In this document: in pieces, positions 44,101-56,257 of the stretch
Numbering within the stretch: the stretch's first letter is position 1
How the letters are laid out: each line of letters begins with the position of its first letter
Source of the DNA: Oopsacas minuta
Lineage: Eukaryota > Animalia > Porifera
Assembly: GCA_024704765.1 (NCBI GenBank)
Contig: JAKMXF010000365.1
Span: forward strand, 620,001-684,000
Direction of reading: 5' to 3'
Length of the DNA stretch: 64,000 nucleotides
Translations under genes and position numbers: made by a program
The notes under the pieces: generated by a model
Databases searched by the model: none
What the model saw: only the letters and a program-made list of their open reading frames with translations
What the model was told of the DNA's origin: nothing

Positions 44101-47100
44101 AAGCCGAATATATTACACAATCTTTGCCAGAAAAACTATACTATACTGTACACATAACATTTGTAAGGGAAGTGAAAAAGAATATAATGGACTTACTCTG
44201 AATGTAAAGAAACCTTCGTGTACTGGGAAAGCTGTAGGGATCTCCAATATCTCAGTTCTGAAAGAATCACGAACAAATAACTTAAAAGAAGAATTACTAC
44301 TCCATGGTGCATTTGTAACTACTAGACCAATATTGCCATCAGGTAAGAAGCTTTGTCTAAATTCGAGTTGAGTTCGAGTTCCATCTAATGTGTTATGATA
44401 AAACCAACTGGTCCTAGACTCAGCTGCTTCCTCAGTATTGATTTCATAGTCTGCAATAATTCTGATTTCTGACTGCTCTCTAACGAAAAAACTAGATCCA
44501 ATCCTACCTTCAACATCCTGAACTGAGTCTGGTTCTATCGTCACTTGTTCTTGTGTTATTACGATCATAGTTTCACCTATTATGAAACAAACCAAGAATA
44601 ATGATATGCTTTAGTATTGTAATAAACTACTAGCACAGTTTGCTTGCTAGGGAGCGAAGTGAGGCAGGTCAATTTTGGACATAGAAACATACATATATTT
44701 ACAGTTGACAACTGTTATCTGAGTAATCTGACTTTTATCTCGAACGAATTGATAATATCCTCAAGAAAAAATGCATACCGTATATGGCCCTGAACTTAGT
44801 ATTTTCGGGACATTTTGGTCAAATATTTTTTCGATTTTAGAAATATAAAAATGTTCGGAATCTAATCATCCTAATTAGTTACATAGTGAAATCAGGCGCA
44901 AATTTCATCAAAAATTTCTTATAGAGAGTGGCGACACATTTTATTCAAAATTTTGAGCGTCCCAGCCCCTGATCAAGCCCTACTTACCTGGTGGAGTAGC
45001 ACTGGGTGTGGTGGCACTGGGTGTAGTAGCACTGGGTGTTGTAGCACTGGGAGTAGTAGCACTGGGTGTGGTGGCACTGGGTGTTGTGGCACTGGGTGTA
45101 GTGGCACTGGGTGTGGTGGCACTGGGTGTAGTAGCACTGGGTGTGGTGGCACTGGGTGTAGTAGCACTGGGTGTGGTGGCACTGGGTGTTGTAGCACTGG
45201 GAGTAGTAGCACTGGGTGTGGTGGCACTGGGTGTAGTAGCACTAGGTGTAGTGGCACTGGGTGTGGTGGCACTGGGTGTAGTAGCACTGGGTGTGGTGGC
45301 ACTGGGTGTAGTAGCACTGGGTGTGGTGGCACTGGGTGTAGTAGCACTGGGCGTGGTGGCACTGGGTGTAGTAGCACTGGGTGTAGTAGCACTGGGTGTT
45401 GTGGCACTGGGTGTTGTGGCACTGGGTGTTGTAGCACTAGGAGTAGTAGCACTAGGTGTAGTGGCACTGGGTGTTGTAGCGTTAGTTGGTGGTGCAATAA
45501 TGTCGAAGTTACTGCAGGCTAAATCATTCAATGCTCCAAGAATTGCCTAAATATTTAGAAATAATAATACATTGGAGTTCGCTTAACCGGTTAATCGTGT
45601 CTCTTGACAAGATACAGATCAACACACACTGTTTTAACAAATAAATTTACGATACAATATCAACGTGTAAATTACAAAACAGGTGGGTCAAAAGTTAGTG
45701 TATAAGACTATAAGTAGTTTATGGATACTTTCTCGTCAAATTTTAGATAATGAAAAGTTGGTCACTTCGGAAATTGAATAACCTGAATGTATCATGTACC
45801 TTAAATGACCCAAAATTTATTCTATGTTATAGCCTATGGCTCTGTATTAGTAAAATTATATGGAAAGAAGTTCAACTTACTTCGAAACAAATCATTGAGC
45901 CTAATTGAGGAGGCAAAAAATCCAAAGAAATGAATTCTTCGTTGGAGTTAACAGCACGATATATATATCCAGTAATACCGGGGTTTGTAATAACATATAT
46001 ATTGAAAGGATTCCCAAGGATAGTACCAGTTGAGATAAAGGTACTAGTGATAAGCATTCCATTGTATGACCATCGTGTATCGATAGATTCTTGATTAGGA
46101 TTCTGGAATTCATAAGTAGCGATAACGGTCAAGGATTGTCCTTCATCGAAAGAGAAATTTGACCCTATTGCACCTTCAGATATACCATCGAGGAGCTCAA
46201 CATCTGCACGATTAGTAATAGAGACAGAGGGAGCTGGAGTGGGTGTAGGTGTTGTTGTTGTTGTTGTTGTTGTTGTTGCTGTGGTAGTTGTAGCACAATC
46301 TGAAATCTTGATTAAACTGGTTGCCTCATCTGTCGTGTTCCCAAGAGAAACCTGAAATTTATTGTTAAGGATTTGTAATATTTCTAATGCACATCCCGAA
46401 ATTATACTAAAGTATAGTCGGTACACGGTAAAAAGAAAAATATAAATCAAAATGCAGACAGAATACTGAATTAGTAAAAACTCACTTCAAAAGTTATGAG
46501 GAACTCATTCACATTCAAATCGAGTATTTCCAATATTTCTTGTTTAGAATCTACATTTATATACAGATTCCCTTCATTCCCATCAACAATGACATCAAAT
46601 ACAATAAAGACTTCACCATCTATAGTTACAGTCTCTGAGGCCCCAGGAACAATGAACTGTTCGTTCACATACCATTTAGTCACAACGCTTTCTAGGCGAG
46701 GATTTACCGCATCATATTCTGAAACTATTGAGATTCTCTGACCTTGACAAATATAGAAAGTTGACCCAATTGGTAAAGACAGAGGGATAGGAGAGAATTC
46801 TGTAGGAGTGGAGGGAGGTACTGCATTAGTGATAAAGACAGATGGAAGTGGAGTGGGCGTGGGTGTGGTTTGAGACGAAGTCGGGCCTGAGAGATACAAA
46901 GAAATATTTGTGTAAATAATCAAAAACTTACTTACGGAATCTCACGCGACAATTTTATTCAGAAACTGCCAAATTATGCTAATTACCAAACAAGCAACTC
47001 TCACTTGAAATAGTAGAAAAACAAAAAATGAACAAACAAATTAATTTATAGAAGTTCTTCATAATTCAAATAATAAAAGTAATATAACTTGCTTGCAGTT

Positions 47101-50100
47101 AAGTTAATTATTACAAACATTTACAGGTTTAGCTATATGCTGGGGGATTAATCAGGGATAAATAATGATGTGAAATATTCTCAGATTAAAATTACATAAG
47201 AAAAAGTGGAAACACCACTAAATGCGGGAGTATTGAATTTATACGGCACAATTAATCTAAGTACTTAAATCAACAAAACTAACCAGTAAAGGTTGTAGTT
47301 GCTGCCGTAACAGTGTTTGAGATGAGTTGGGAAGAGAAATAGCGTACCATAAGTGTAATGTAGTATGCTGTGGAGGATTCAAGACCTTCTATTAAATAGT
47401 TTCCAACAAGAAACTCACTAACGGAGAGAGTTACATTATTTTCACATATTGTGTTATCATCTTCACTTTCACTCCAGCATAATATGACGTTTTCTATTAA
47501 GTTGGAGTTAAGTCCATCAGTTGACCAGCTAAATCTTAGACTAAAGAGGCTGCTCTCATCAACACTCAGGACAGGAACTGTAATATAGTTTAAGTAAACA
47601 CATAATGAGAAATTACAATAGTGAGCATATTTAACGGGTATTTTATTACTATGACCTAAACTTGGTATCAGAGGAGACTATAGCCCTAAGTAATTCCTAC
47701 TAGCTAATCACAACTCAAAACAGACAATGAAATTGACGTATATGAGTATTTATGTAAACAATACCTGGTACACATATTTCTTGGGTGATCATAAAGATAC
47801 TAGCCTCAGCTTCCTCAAAAGTATCAAAGGTGAAATAATTATACTCATCTGGATCTGTAGCAATAGCTCTCAGCTGTAATTCATTCAGGTTCGTTCCCAG
47901 TCCAATAGCTAGAATTCTCACATCTTGATCTTCACCAAGTTCAGTAGACCGGTTACGTAGGATTTCTACAGTCCCACTCAAAGGCACGCCTTTATAAGGT
48001 GGTACTGTCTGTTCTCCAGCAGTTAGGTATACTGCTAATCTCTGAGCACCAGCACGACGAGTGTCATCAGTAAACACATCAAACAATAGAAAGTCCAAAG
48101 GAGCAACAAGGTTAGTAGAACCACCTTCAAATGAGATTTGATTTAAAGCATCGACAACATTATCTAAGTCAGAAGTGAAAGGAATCGGGAATAGTATATC
48201 TTCATTGAAGAAATTGAATCCCACGCGAATATCTGTGTTACCAGGTTCTCTCTTCAAATTTTCGATTATACCAATGACAATAGCAACTTCTGTGTCGAAT
48301 TCTTCTTGTGACAGACTGTCGGTAATATCAATAACAAAGTGTAGATCCAGCTTAGTTGCAGAAGAACATATGGGTTGACCTAAAAGTAAGGAGTGAATGG
48401 AAATGAAAATAGGAATATTAGACATGGATGGCAAAATGGTGGATTAATAATATATCAGAAAGATAGATATACTTGTTGGGATATTTTGTGAGTAGCAAGG
48501 TTAGTGTATATACTTTGAATGATGTTACTAGAGCAGTAGTTCTCAACCTGGGGTCCATGGACCCCATAAAATGGACCAAAGAGGTCCGCAAAAAAAGGTT
48601 AAGAACCAATGTAGTAGAGGATAAATAGCACAAATGTGGAAAAGTAATATGAGATAGGATTTGTAAATTACCTGAAATAAAAGAATCACTATCAGAAGAG
48701 GGTCCTACTCCAAAATCATTAAATGCACTGATTCGTATTCGGTACTCTGATTCAGGTTCTAGAGTAAATACGTAGGAGAGAGGATCAGTATCAGGTGATA
48801 CTGTAACTTCTTCAAGACAGATATCTCCACTAGCTGGGAGGAGACAGAGATTGTATCCAGTCACTTCTTCGCCAACTGATCCTGTAACTGCTGTCCAAGT
48901 TACTGTAGCTTGTGTATTAGAAACCTCAACTGTAATAGTTTCTGAAGCTGTGGTAGGAGCTATAGAGGAAATTAGAATATGATAATAAAATAAGTACATG
49001 TCTACAAAACTGATGGATTTGTAGATACATACGCCGTGTTATAGAGTCACGAAACTCAGGTCAACATAGTTAACCGGGTCACTTGGCAAAACAGAGCAAT
49101 ACAACCAGTGCCAAATGACCTGGCCGATGTGCAAATGTGCCCCCGTCAACTTGGAGAGTTTACTATATAAAGAATAGAGGGAAAAAATTTAAGAGAGGGC
49201 AAAATACAAATTTACAATTTCAAAAACAATTCCCCACAGTGATGCTCACAATAGAGGTAAACAGAATTGGTGTAACAAACAAACAAAAGAACAAAGAAAC
49301 TAACCTCCTCCTTGAGTTGCAAGATTTACACTCTGACTCACAAATGAATCTCCTTCAGAAGTTTGTGCATAGATTACAGCATAGTATTGTGTACTAGAAT
49401 CCAGATTAGTAGCAGTGTAGGTTGTTTGTGATGCAGAGAGATCATCTAGTACATCACATCCATCTTGACTAGGATCCTTCCTTAGACAGATAACATAGCC
49501 GTTCAATGTTCCACTCGTTACTACATACTCATCCCATGTGTAGTACAGCTCACTGGAGGATTGTACTACACCTGAGAAGTTATCTACTGGACCCAGTACA
49601 AAGATACTACTAGATTCAGCACCAGATCCAACATCAGTCTCAGGGAACACAGTCACAAAGTATTCACCAGATTGTAATAGATTAGTAACAGTATAGGATA
49701 GCTGTGAGGAATCCACTTCAATTGTCGAATCACACTCTTCAGAGCTCTGATCTCTCCTCAAACACACAATATAGTATTGTACAGTAACACCAGGCACCAC
49801 ATACTCGTTCCAATTGATGGTAAAAGAGGTAGAAGTGAATGAAGATACTTCCACACCAGAAAGAGACGCTAGTTGACCTAATTATAGAACAAATCAAGTA
49901 TATGAACAATATACGTGTATAAAGTTAGATTACACAATCAGGAATTCAATTACCTGTAGTGAATGATGAACTATCAGAAGAGGGTCCTACTCCAAAATCA
50001 TTAAATGCACTGACTCGTATTCTATACTCTGATTCAGGTTCTAGAGTAAATACATAAGAGAGAGGATCAGTATCAGGTGATACTGTAACTTCTTCAAGAC

Positions 50101-53100
50101 AGATATCTCCACTAGCTGGGAGGAGACAGAGATTGTATCCAGTCACTTCTTCACCAGTTGATCCTGTAACTGCTGTCCAAGTAACTGTAGCTTGTGTATT
50201 GGTGTACACAACGTTAATAGTGTCAGGACCAGTAGTAGGAGCTAGGGAGTAGATTAGGATATAATAATATACGAGAGGGTGGAAGAATACCCCAAAATCC
50301 TCAGAACATAACGTAAACGGCTATGTTGGAGTTGATTCAAAAATGGTATGTGATGTTCAGTAAACTCCCGATATAACAAGATATAACTTCTCATATAACG
50401 AATAGCTTCGTCATCTAGTGTTCCCATTTTACAATAACTTAAGGTATTCGATATTACGAAGAGGTGGATTTCGGGCCAAAATTATCCGAAATTTGTCCGT
50501 CATAAAACCCGATATTATATTTGTGATCCTAACAATAGAGTTAAACAGAATTGGTGTAACAAACAAACAAAAGAACAAAGAAACTAACCTCCTCCAGAAG
50601 TTGTGAGATCTACACTCTGACTCACAAACGAATCTCCTTCAGAAGTTTGTGCATAGATTACAGCATAGTATTGTGTACTAGAATCCAGATTAGTAGCAGT
50701 GTAGGTTGTTTGTGATGCAGAGAGATCATCTAGTACATCACATCCATCTTGACTAGGATCCTTCCTTAGACAGATAACATAGCCGTTCAATGTTCCACTC
50801 GTTACTACATACTCATCCCATGTGTAGTACAGCTCACTGGAGGATTGTACTACACCTGAGAAGTTATCTACTGGACCCAGTACAAAGATACTACTAGATT
50901 CAGCACCAGATCCAACATCAGTCTCAGGGAACACAGTCACAAAGTATTGACCTGATTGTAATAGATTAGTAACAGTATAGGAGAACTGTGAGGAATCCAC
51001 TTCAATTGTTGAATCACACTCTTCAGAGCTCTGATCTCTCCTCAAACACACAATATAGTATTGTACAGTAACACCAGGCACCACATACTCGTTCCAATTG
51101 ATGGTAAAAGAGGTAGAAGTGAATGAAGATACTTCCACACCAGAAAGAGACGCTAGTTGACCTAATTATGGAACAAATCAAGTATATGAACAATATACGT
51201 GTATAAAGTTAGATTACACAATCAGGAATTCAATTACCTGTAGTGAATGATGAACTATCAGAAGAGGGTCCTACTCCAAAATCATTAAATGCACTGACTC
51301 GTATTCTATACTCTGATTCAGGTTCTAGAGTAAATACATAAGAGAGAGGATCAGTATCAGGTGATACTGTAACTTCTTCAAGACAGATATCTCCACTAGC
51401 TGGGAGGAGACAGAGATTGTATCCAGTCACTTCTTCACCAGCTGATCCTACAACTGCTATCCAAGTAACTGTAGCTTGTGTATTGGTATACTCAACGTTA
51501 ATAACCCCAGGACCAGTAGTAGGAGCTAGAGAGTAGATTAGGATATGATAATATATGAGGCGTTAGAATAATATCCCCAATAGTCAGAATTTGATTCCAA
51601 TGGATATTAGAAGAATTGGACACATAATACGTGTTTGTAAATGGGGGCAAACTGCATCGGATAGTGATCTGGAACCTATCTGGAAATATGTACAAGAAAC
51701 TAACCTCCTCCTTGAGTTGCAAGATTTACACTCTGACTCACAAATGAATCTCCTTCAGAAGTTTGTGCATAGATTACAGCATAGTATTGTGTACTAGAAT
51801 CCAGATTAGTAGCAGTGTAGGTTGTTTGTGATGCAGAGAGATCATCTAGTACATCACATCCATCTTGACTAGGATCCTTCCTTAGACAGATAACATAGCC
51901 GTTCAATGTTCCACTCGTTACTACATACTCATCCCATGTGTAGTACAGCTCACTGGAGGATTGTACTACACCTGAGAAGTTATCTACTGGACCCAGTACA
52001 AAGATACTACTAGATTCAGCACCAGATCCAACATCAGTCTCAGGGAACACAGTCACAAAGTATTCACCAGATTGTAATAGATTAGTAACAGTATAGGAGA
52101 ACTGTGAGGAATCCACTTCAATTTCGAATCACACTCTTCAGAGCTCTGATCTCTCCTCAAACACACAATATAGTATTGTACAGTAACACCAGGCACCACA
52201 TACTCGTTCCAATTGATGGTAAAAGAGGTAGAAGTGAATGAAGATACTTCCACACCAGAAAGAGACGCTAGTTGACCTAATTATGGAACAAATCAAGTAT
52301 ATGAACAATATACGTGTATAAAGTTAGATTACACAATCAGGAATTCAATTACCTGTAGTGAATGATGAACTATCAGAAGAGGGTCCTACTCCAAAATCAT
52401 TAAATGCACTGACTCGTATTCTATACTCTGATTCAGGTTCTAGAGTAAATACATAAGAGAGAGGATCAGTATCAGGTGATACTGTAACTTCTTCAAGACA
52501 GATATCTCCACTAGCTGGGAGGAGACAGAGATTGTATCCAGTCACTTCTTCACCAGNNNNNNNNNNNNNNNNNNNNNNNNNNNNNNNNNNNNNNNNNNNN
52601 NNNNNNNNNNNNNNNNNNNNNNNNNNNNNNNNNNNNNNNNNNNNNNNNNNNNNNNNNNNNNNNNNNNNNNNNNNNNNNNNNNNNNNNNNNNNNNNNNNNN
52701 NNNNNNNNNNNNNNNNNNNNNNNNNNNNNNNNNNNNNNNNNNNNNNNNNNNNNNNNNNNNNNNNNNNNNNNNNNNNNNNNNNNNNNNNNNNNNNNNNNNN
52801 NNNNNNNNNNNNNNNNNNNNNNNNNNNNNNNNNNNNNNNNNNNNNNNNNNNNNNNNNNNNNNNNNNNNNNNNNNNNNNNNNNNNNNNNNNNNNNNNNNNN
52901 NNNNNNNNNNNNNNNNNNNNNNNNNNNNNNNNNNNNNNNNNNNNNNNNNNNNNNNNNNNNNNNNNNNNNNNNNNNNNNNNNNNNNNNNNNNNNNNNNNNN
53001 NNNNNNNNNNNNNNNNNNNNNNNNNNNNNNNNNNNNNNNNNNNNNNNNNNNNNNNNNNNNNNNNNNNNNNNNNNNNNNNNNNNNNNNNNNNNNNNNNNNN

Positions 53101-56100
53101 NNNNNNNNNNNNNNNNNNNNNNNNNNNNNNNNNNNNNNNNNNNNNNNNNNNNNNNNNNNNNNNNNNNNNNNNNNNNNNNNNNNNNNNNNNNNNNNNNNNN
53201 NNNNNNNNNNNNNNNNNNNNNNNNNNNGAATCTCCTTCAGAAGTTTGTGCATAGATTACAGCATAGTATTGTGTACTAGAATCCAGATTAGTAGCAGTGT
53301 AGGTTGTTTGTGATGCAGAGAGATCATCTAGTACATCACATCCATCTTGACTAGGATCCTTCCTTAGACAGATAACATAGCCGTTCAATGTTCCACTCGT
53401 TACTACATACTCATCCCATGTGTAGTACAGCTCACTGGAGGATTGTACTACACCTGAGAAGTTATCTACTGGACCCAGTACAAAGATACTACTAGATTCA
53501 GCACCAGATCCAACATCAGTCTCAGGGAACACAGTCACAAAGTATTGACCTGATTGTAATAGATTAGTAACAGTATAGGAGAACTGTGAGGAATCCACTT
53601 CAATTGTTGAATCACACTCTTCAGAGCTCTGATCTCTCCTCAAACACACAATATAGTACTGTACAATAACACCAGGCACCACATACTCGTTCCAATTGAT
53701 GGTAAAAGAGGTAGAGGTGAATGAAGATATTTCCACACCAGAAAGAGGTTGTAGTTGACCTAATTATAGAACAAATCAAGTATATGAACAATGTACGTGT
53801 ATAAAGTTAGAGTGCACAATTACGAATTTGAAAGAGCAATATAATCCTATATAGCACGTATTGGTCAATTTAATAATGTACCTGTGAAGACAAATATATC
53901 TGATAAACTCCAAGGGCCACCACCAGCTGAGTTAAAGGCTCTAACTCTGATTCTGTAGAGTGTATTAGGTATTAAACCACCCTGAACCAATGTGAGAGGA
54001 TCATCGTTTGCATCTATTTCTTCCGATATTGTACAACCTTCTTCATTTACCAATCTGAAACAGACTACGTAGTGGAGTATGATTCCATTTTCTGTTCCTG
54101 AAGGGATAGGGGAAGTTGTGACCCGTATTTCAGTGGCTGATACACCTACCGCTTGAACACTAGTAGGAGGTTTACTTGGAGCTAGAAAGATAACATTTTA
54201 ACTTGCATACTACCCGAATAATTCAATTATAATATATCTTACCTCTCTCTAGAGTCATTGCATCAGTATAGCTAGCATCAGACAAATCGTCAATCGCCGC
54301 TCCCACAACTACTACACTGATGTAATATCTAGTGAAGGGTTTCAAGAAGGGAACTGATATGAATGACAGTGTGGGGTCTACGGGCACGTTTATTTCACAA
54401 GACGCAGGATCAGAATCTTCCGACAGACAAACTGAAAACCCCAGTATTGGGTCAGCAGGAAAGTACAGATATGTATTCCATAAAATTTCAATTTGATGGC
54501 TAGATACGCCTTTAGCTGTTAAGTTAGTGACAGGAGCGATAACTGTACCTCCAACAGCTAGATGTACTATAGGAATGAAGGGAGTCAATAAAGTATTGTA
54601 CATTTGAATATTCTATTTCAATAAATATAAATGAAGGTAAAAATGAATACTATACAAGTATAACGTGTATATGTGCAGCGGAATTCCAGATCTTGATAAA
54701 TAGAAAACAACCAATTAGACACATTTATGCTAGCAATCTAGACTTCTAGATCAAATAGCATAATACCCAAAACGCACCTTGGTAAACAAAGATTCTACTA
54801 CGATGCCAAAAGGAATGTAAACTACAATCCTAGGAACAAGAAGCTAGAATTGACAGTTTAACGAATTCCATAATAAAGTTAGTCTCAGCTGGAATAAATT
54901 AACTTGTGGCTTATGGATACCATTTTAAGATGCTGACTGATTCGTTGAGAATTATTTTATTGTGCACAGTGATTGTTCATACATCGCATTACCTCGCTAT
55001 TGGCAGTTTATTCACGAAACCCAGGAGGATACTCAACTGTCTCCAAGAGTCATGAAATTCTATGCATGAATATTTTCGTTTTCACCAACCCCCGACGTAA
55101 CGCGCTTCCTTGGCGTAGAAACAAAATGTCCAATTTCCTATTTAGTTCTAGATATGTCTCTACAGTATCCAAAAATGGTTTTGCGTCAAATAGAATGAGA
55201 TAACATACCACTGATTTGTAAGGCAACTGAATAATTTATTAAATTCATATTATAACATACTACTGATAGGAAATATACAGACAATTTTATTAATATTAAT
55301 CTATATTGTTAAATCTCAGTGATTGTTTGTTTGTTTATCCGTTGTCAAGGAAAGGATTTATGGTATGCACTTTTGAAATTTCCGCATAACTATGTATTTA
55401 TTGTGTTTATCGCTAAATGTATCGAACATGATGAATCCGATTTTCACACTTTTGGATTAATCATATGTAAATTTACTGTTGTTTTTATGAATATAAAGTA
55501 AACACATTTCAAAATTGAGGTAGAATCATACTTTCAACGGCTATCCTAGGGTAATCGAGTATGCTGAGTCCGAATATGCTATCGTAAACAACATATTGTG
55601 AATATTTGTTTACTTTTAGGTACATAAAGTAAACAAAATTCAAAATTGAGGTAGAATAATACTTTCAACGACTATACTGGGATAATCGAGTATGCTGAGT
55701 CTGAATATTGTAAACAACATCAATAATTTTATATCTCAATTGTTGTTTGGCTGTTTGTTTGTCCGTTGAATACCTCGAGGCGCAATGCGCCGAGTTCATC
55801 GCGAAGCGACGAGCCAAAGGCTCGTTTAACTATATATTGTTTGTAATAATGGAAAAGGAAAAGTAACTATTCTATGGAAAAATATGGAATAAACTACTAA
55901 ACTCAAGCAAATTAAACCGGAATTGGAAAAAGGGCCTATGGATGAAGAGGGAATAATGCAGTATTCATCAAATAGCAATTTTGTTATGACAGGAAAATTC
56001 ATGTATAATGCATGTTAACATATCTATGATGGGTAATGCCAATTTTCTTATTTATTCCCTAATAGATTACAGTTTTTAATTCGTAAATTTGTATAAATTA

Positions 56101-56257
56101 TCTGTTATTATATCTAGGAATAGTATGTGTAATAGTGTCAAATTAAAACGCGAAATTCTGTAATTATTAAATAGAATAAAACCTACACATATTCACATAA
56201 CATACCTGTTAGCTGCAACAGCACACAAATAAAAATAATTGCAAGCCTAATATTCAT
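41101..56257 (-). CDS. Collagen A: signal peptide - ~14 FN3 - VWA - FN3 - Ig-like x2 - (ATTPS)32 - Ig-like - VWA - short interrupted triple helix - Cys-rich module
   Basis: Signal exon 56257-56206 MNIRLAIIFICVLLQLT (phase 1). FN3 exons lie at 54.6-48.7 kb and 47.3-47.6 kb, VWA exons at ~47765-48380 and ~43395-44063. Micro-exons of 29,36,48,33,54,54,54,45,45,54,45,45,45,36 bp lie between 43.3 and 41.4 kb. The last exons are 41350-41255 and 41130-41101 (CIGRTPCNL*). One FN3 unit has a 1-bp frameshift and one is broken by an N gap. Confidence 0.78.
45001..45480 (-). repeat. Coding minisatellite, 32 x 15 bp, encoding (ATTPS)32
   Basis: Unit GCACTGGGTGTAGTA and variants. The exon has a phase-1 GT donor (CCAG|GTAAGT) near 44988. 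Confidence 0.93.
48534..48611. mobile_element. 78-bp hAT/Charlie-like mini-MITE in a collagen A intron
   Basis: TIRs CAGTAGTTCTCAACCT / AGGTTAAGAACCAATG (13/16 match), near-TSD TACTAGAG / TAGTAGAG (7/8), and an internal palindrome GGGGTCCATGGACCCC. Confidence 0.7.
48671..53760 (-). repeat. Tandem array of at least 4 near-identical two-exon units (2 FN3 + 1 FN3 each)
   Basis: The double-FN3 exon recurs at ~49302-49880, 50586-51160, 51707-52275 and 53228-53760. The single-FN3 exon recurs at ~48671-48961, 49953-50241, 51236-51526 and 52352-52556. Confidence 0.9.
52557..53227. other. Assembly gap (671 N) within the FN3 tandem array
   Basis: Run of N. Confidence 0.99.
55300..55833 (+). mobile_element. 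Putative non-autonomous Helitron-like element in collagen A intron 1
   Basis: Starts A|TCTATA, contains (TGTT)n/TCCG motifs twice and an internal ~120-bp tandem duplication (~55495-55600 and ~55626-55720). A 7-bp hairpin ACGAGCC-AAA-GGCTCGT (55809-55825) precedes CTAT (the canonical end is CTRR). Confidence 0.5.

Noticed and set aside
44953-45550. ORFs (VALGV)n, (GCSST/GCGGT)n and (LLHPV)n
   Set aside because: These are alternative-frame or antisense readings of the 15-bp repeat. Only the ATTPS frame has silent-only variation and splice sites in phase with its neighbours.
48418-48670. C-terminal extension of ORF 48418-48999 (..SLVHFMGSMDPRLRTT..)
   Set aside because: It is read-through into an intron containing the mini-MITE; the FN3 exon ends at a GT donor near 48670.
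52345-53736. Long ORFs with poly-X
   Set aside because: Artefacts of translating the N gap.
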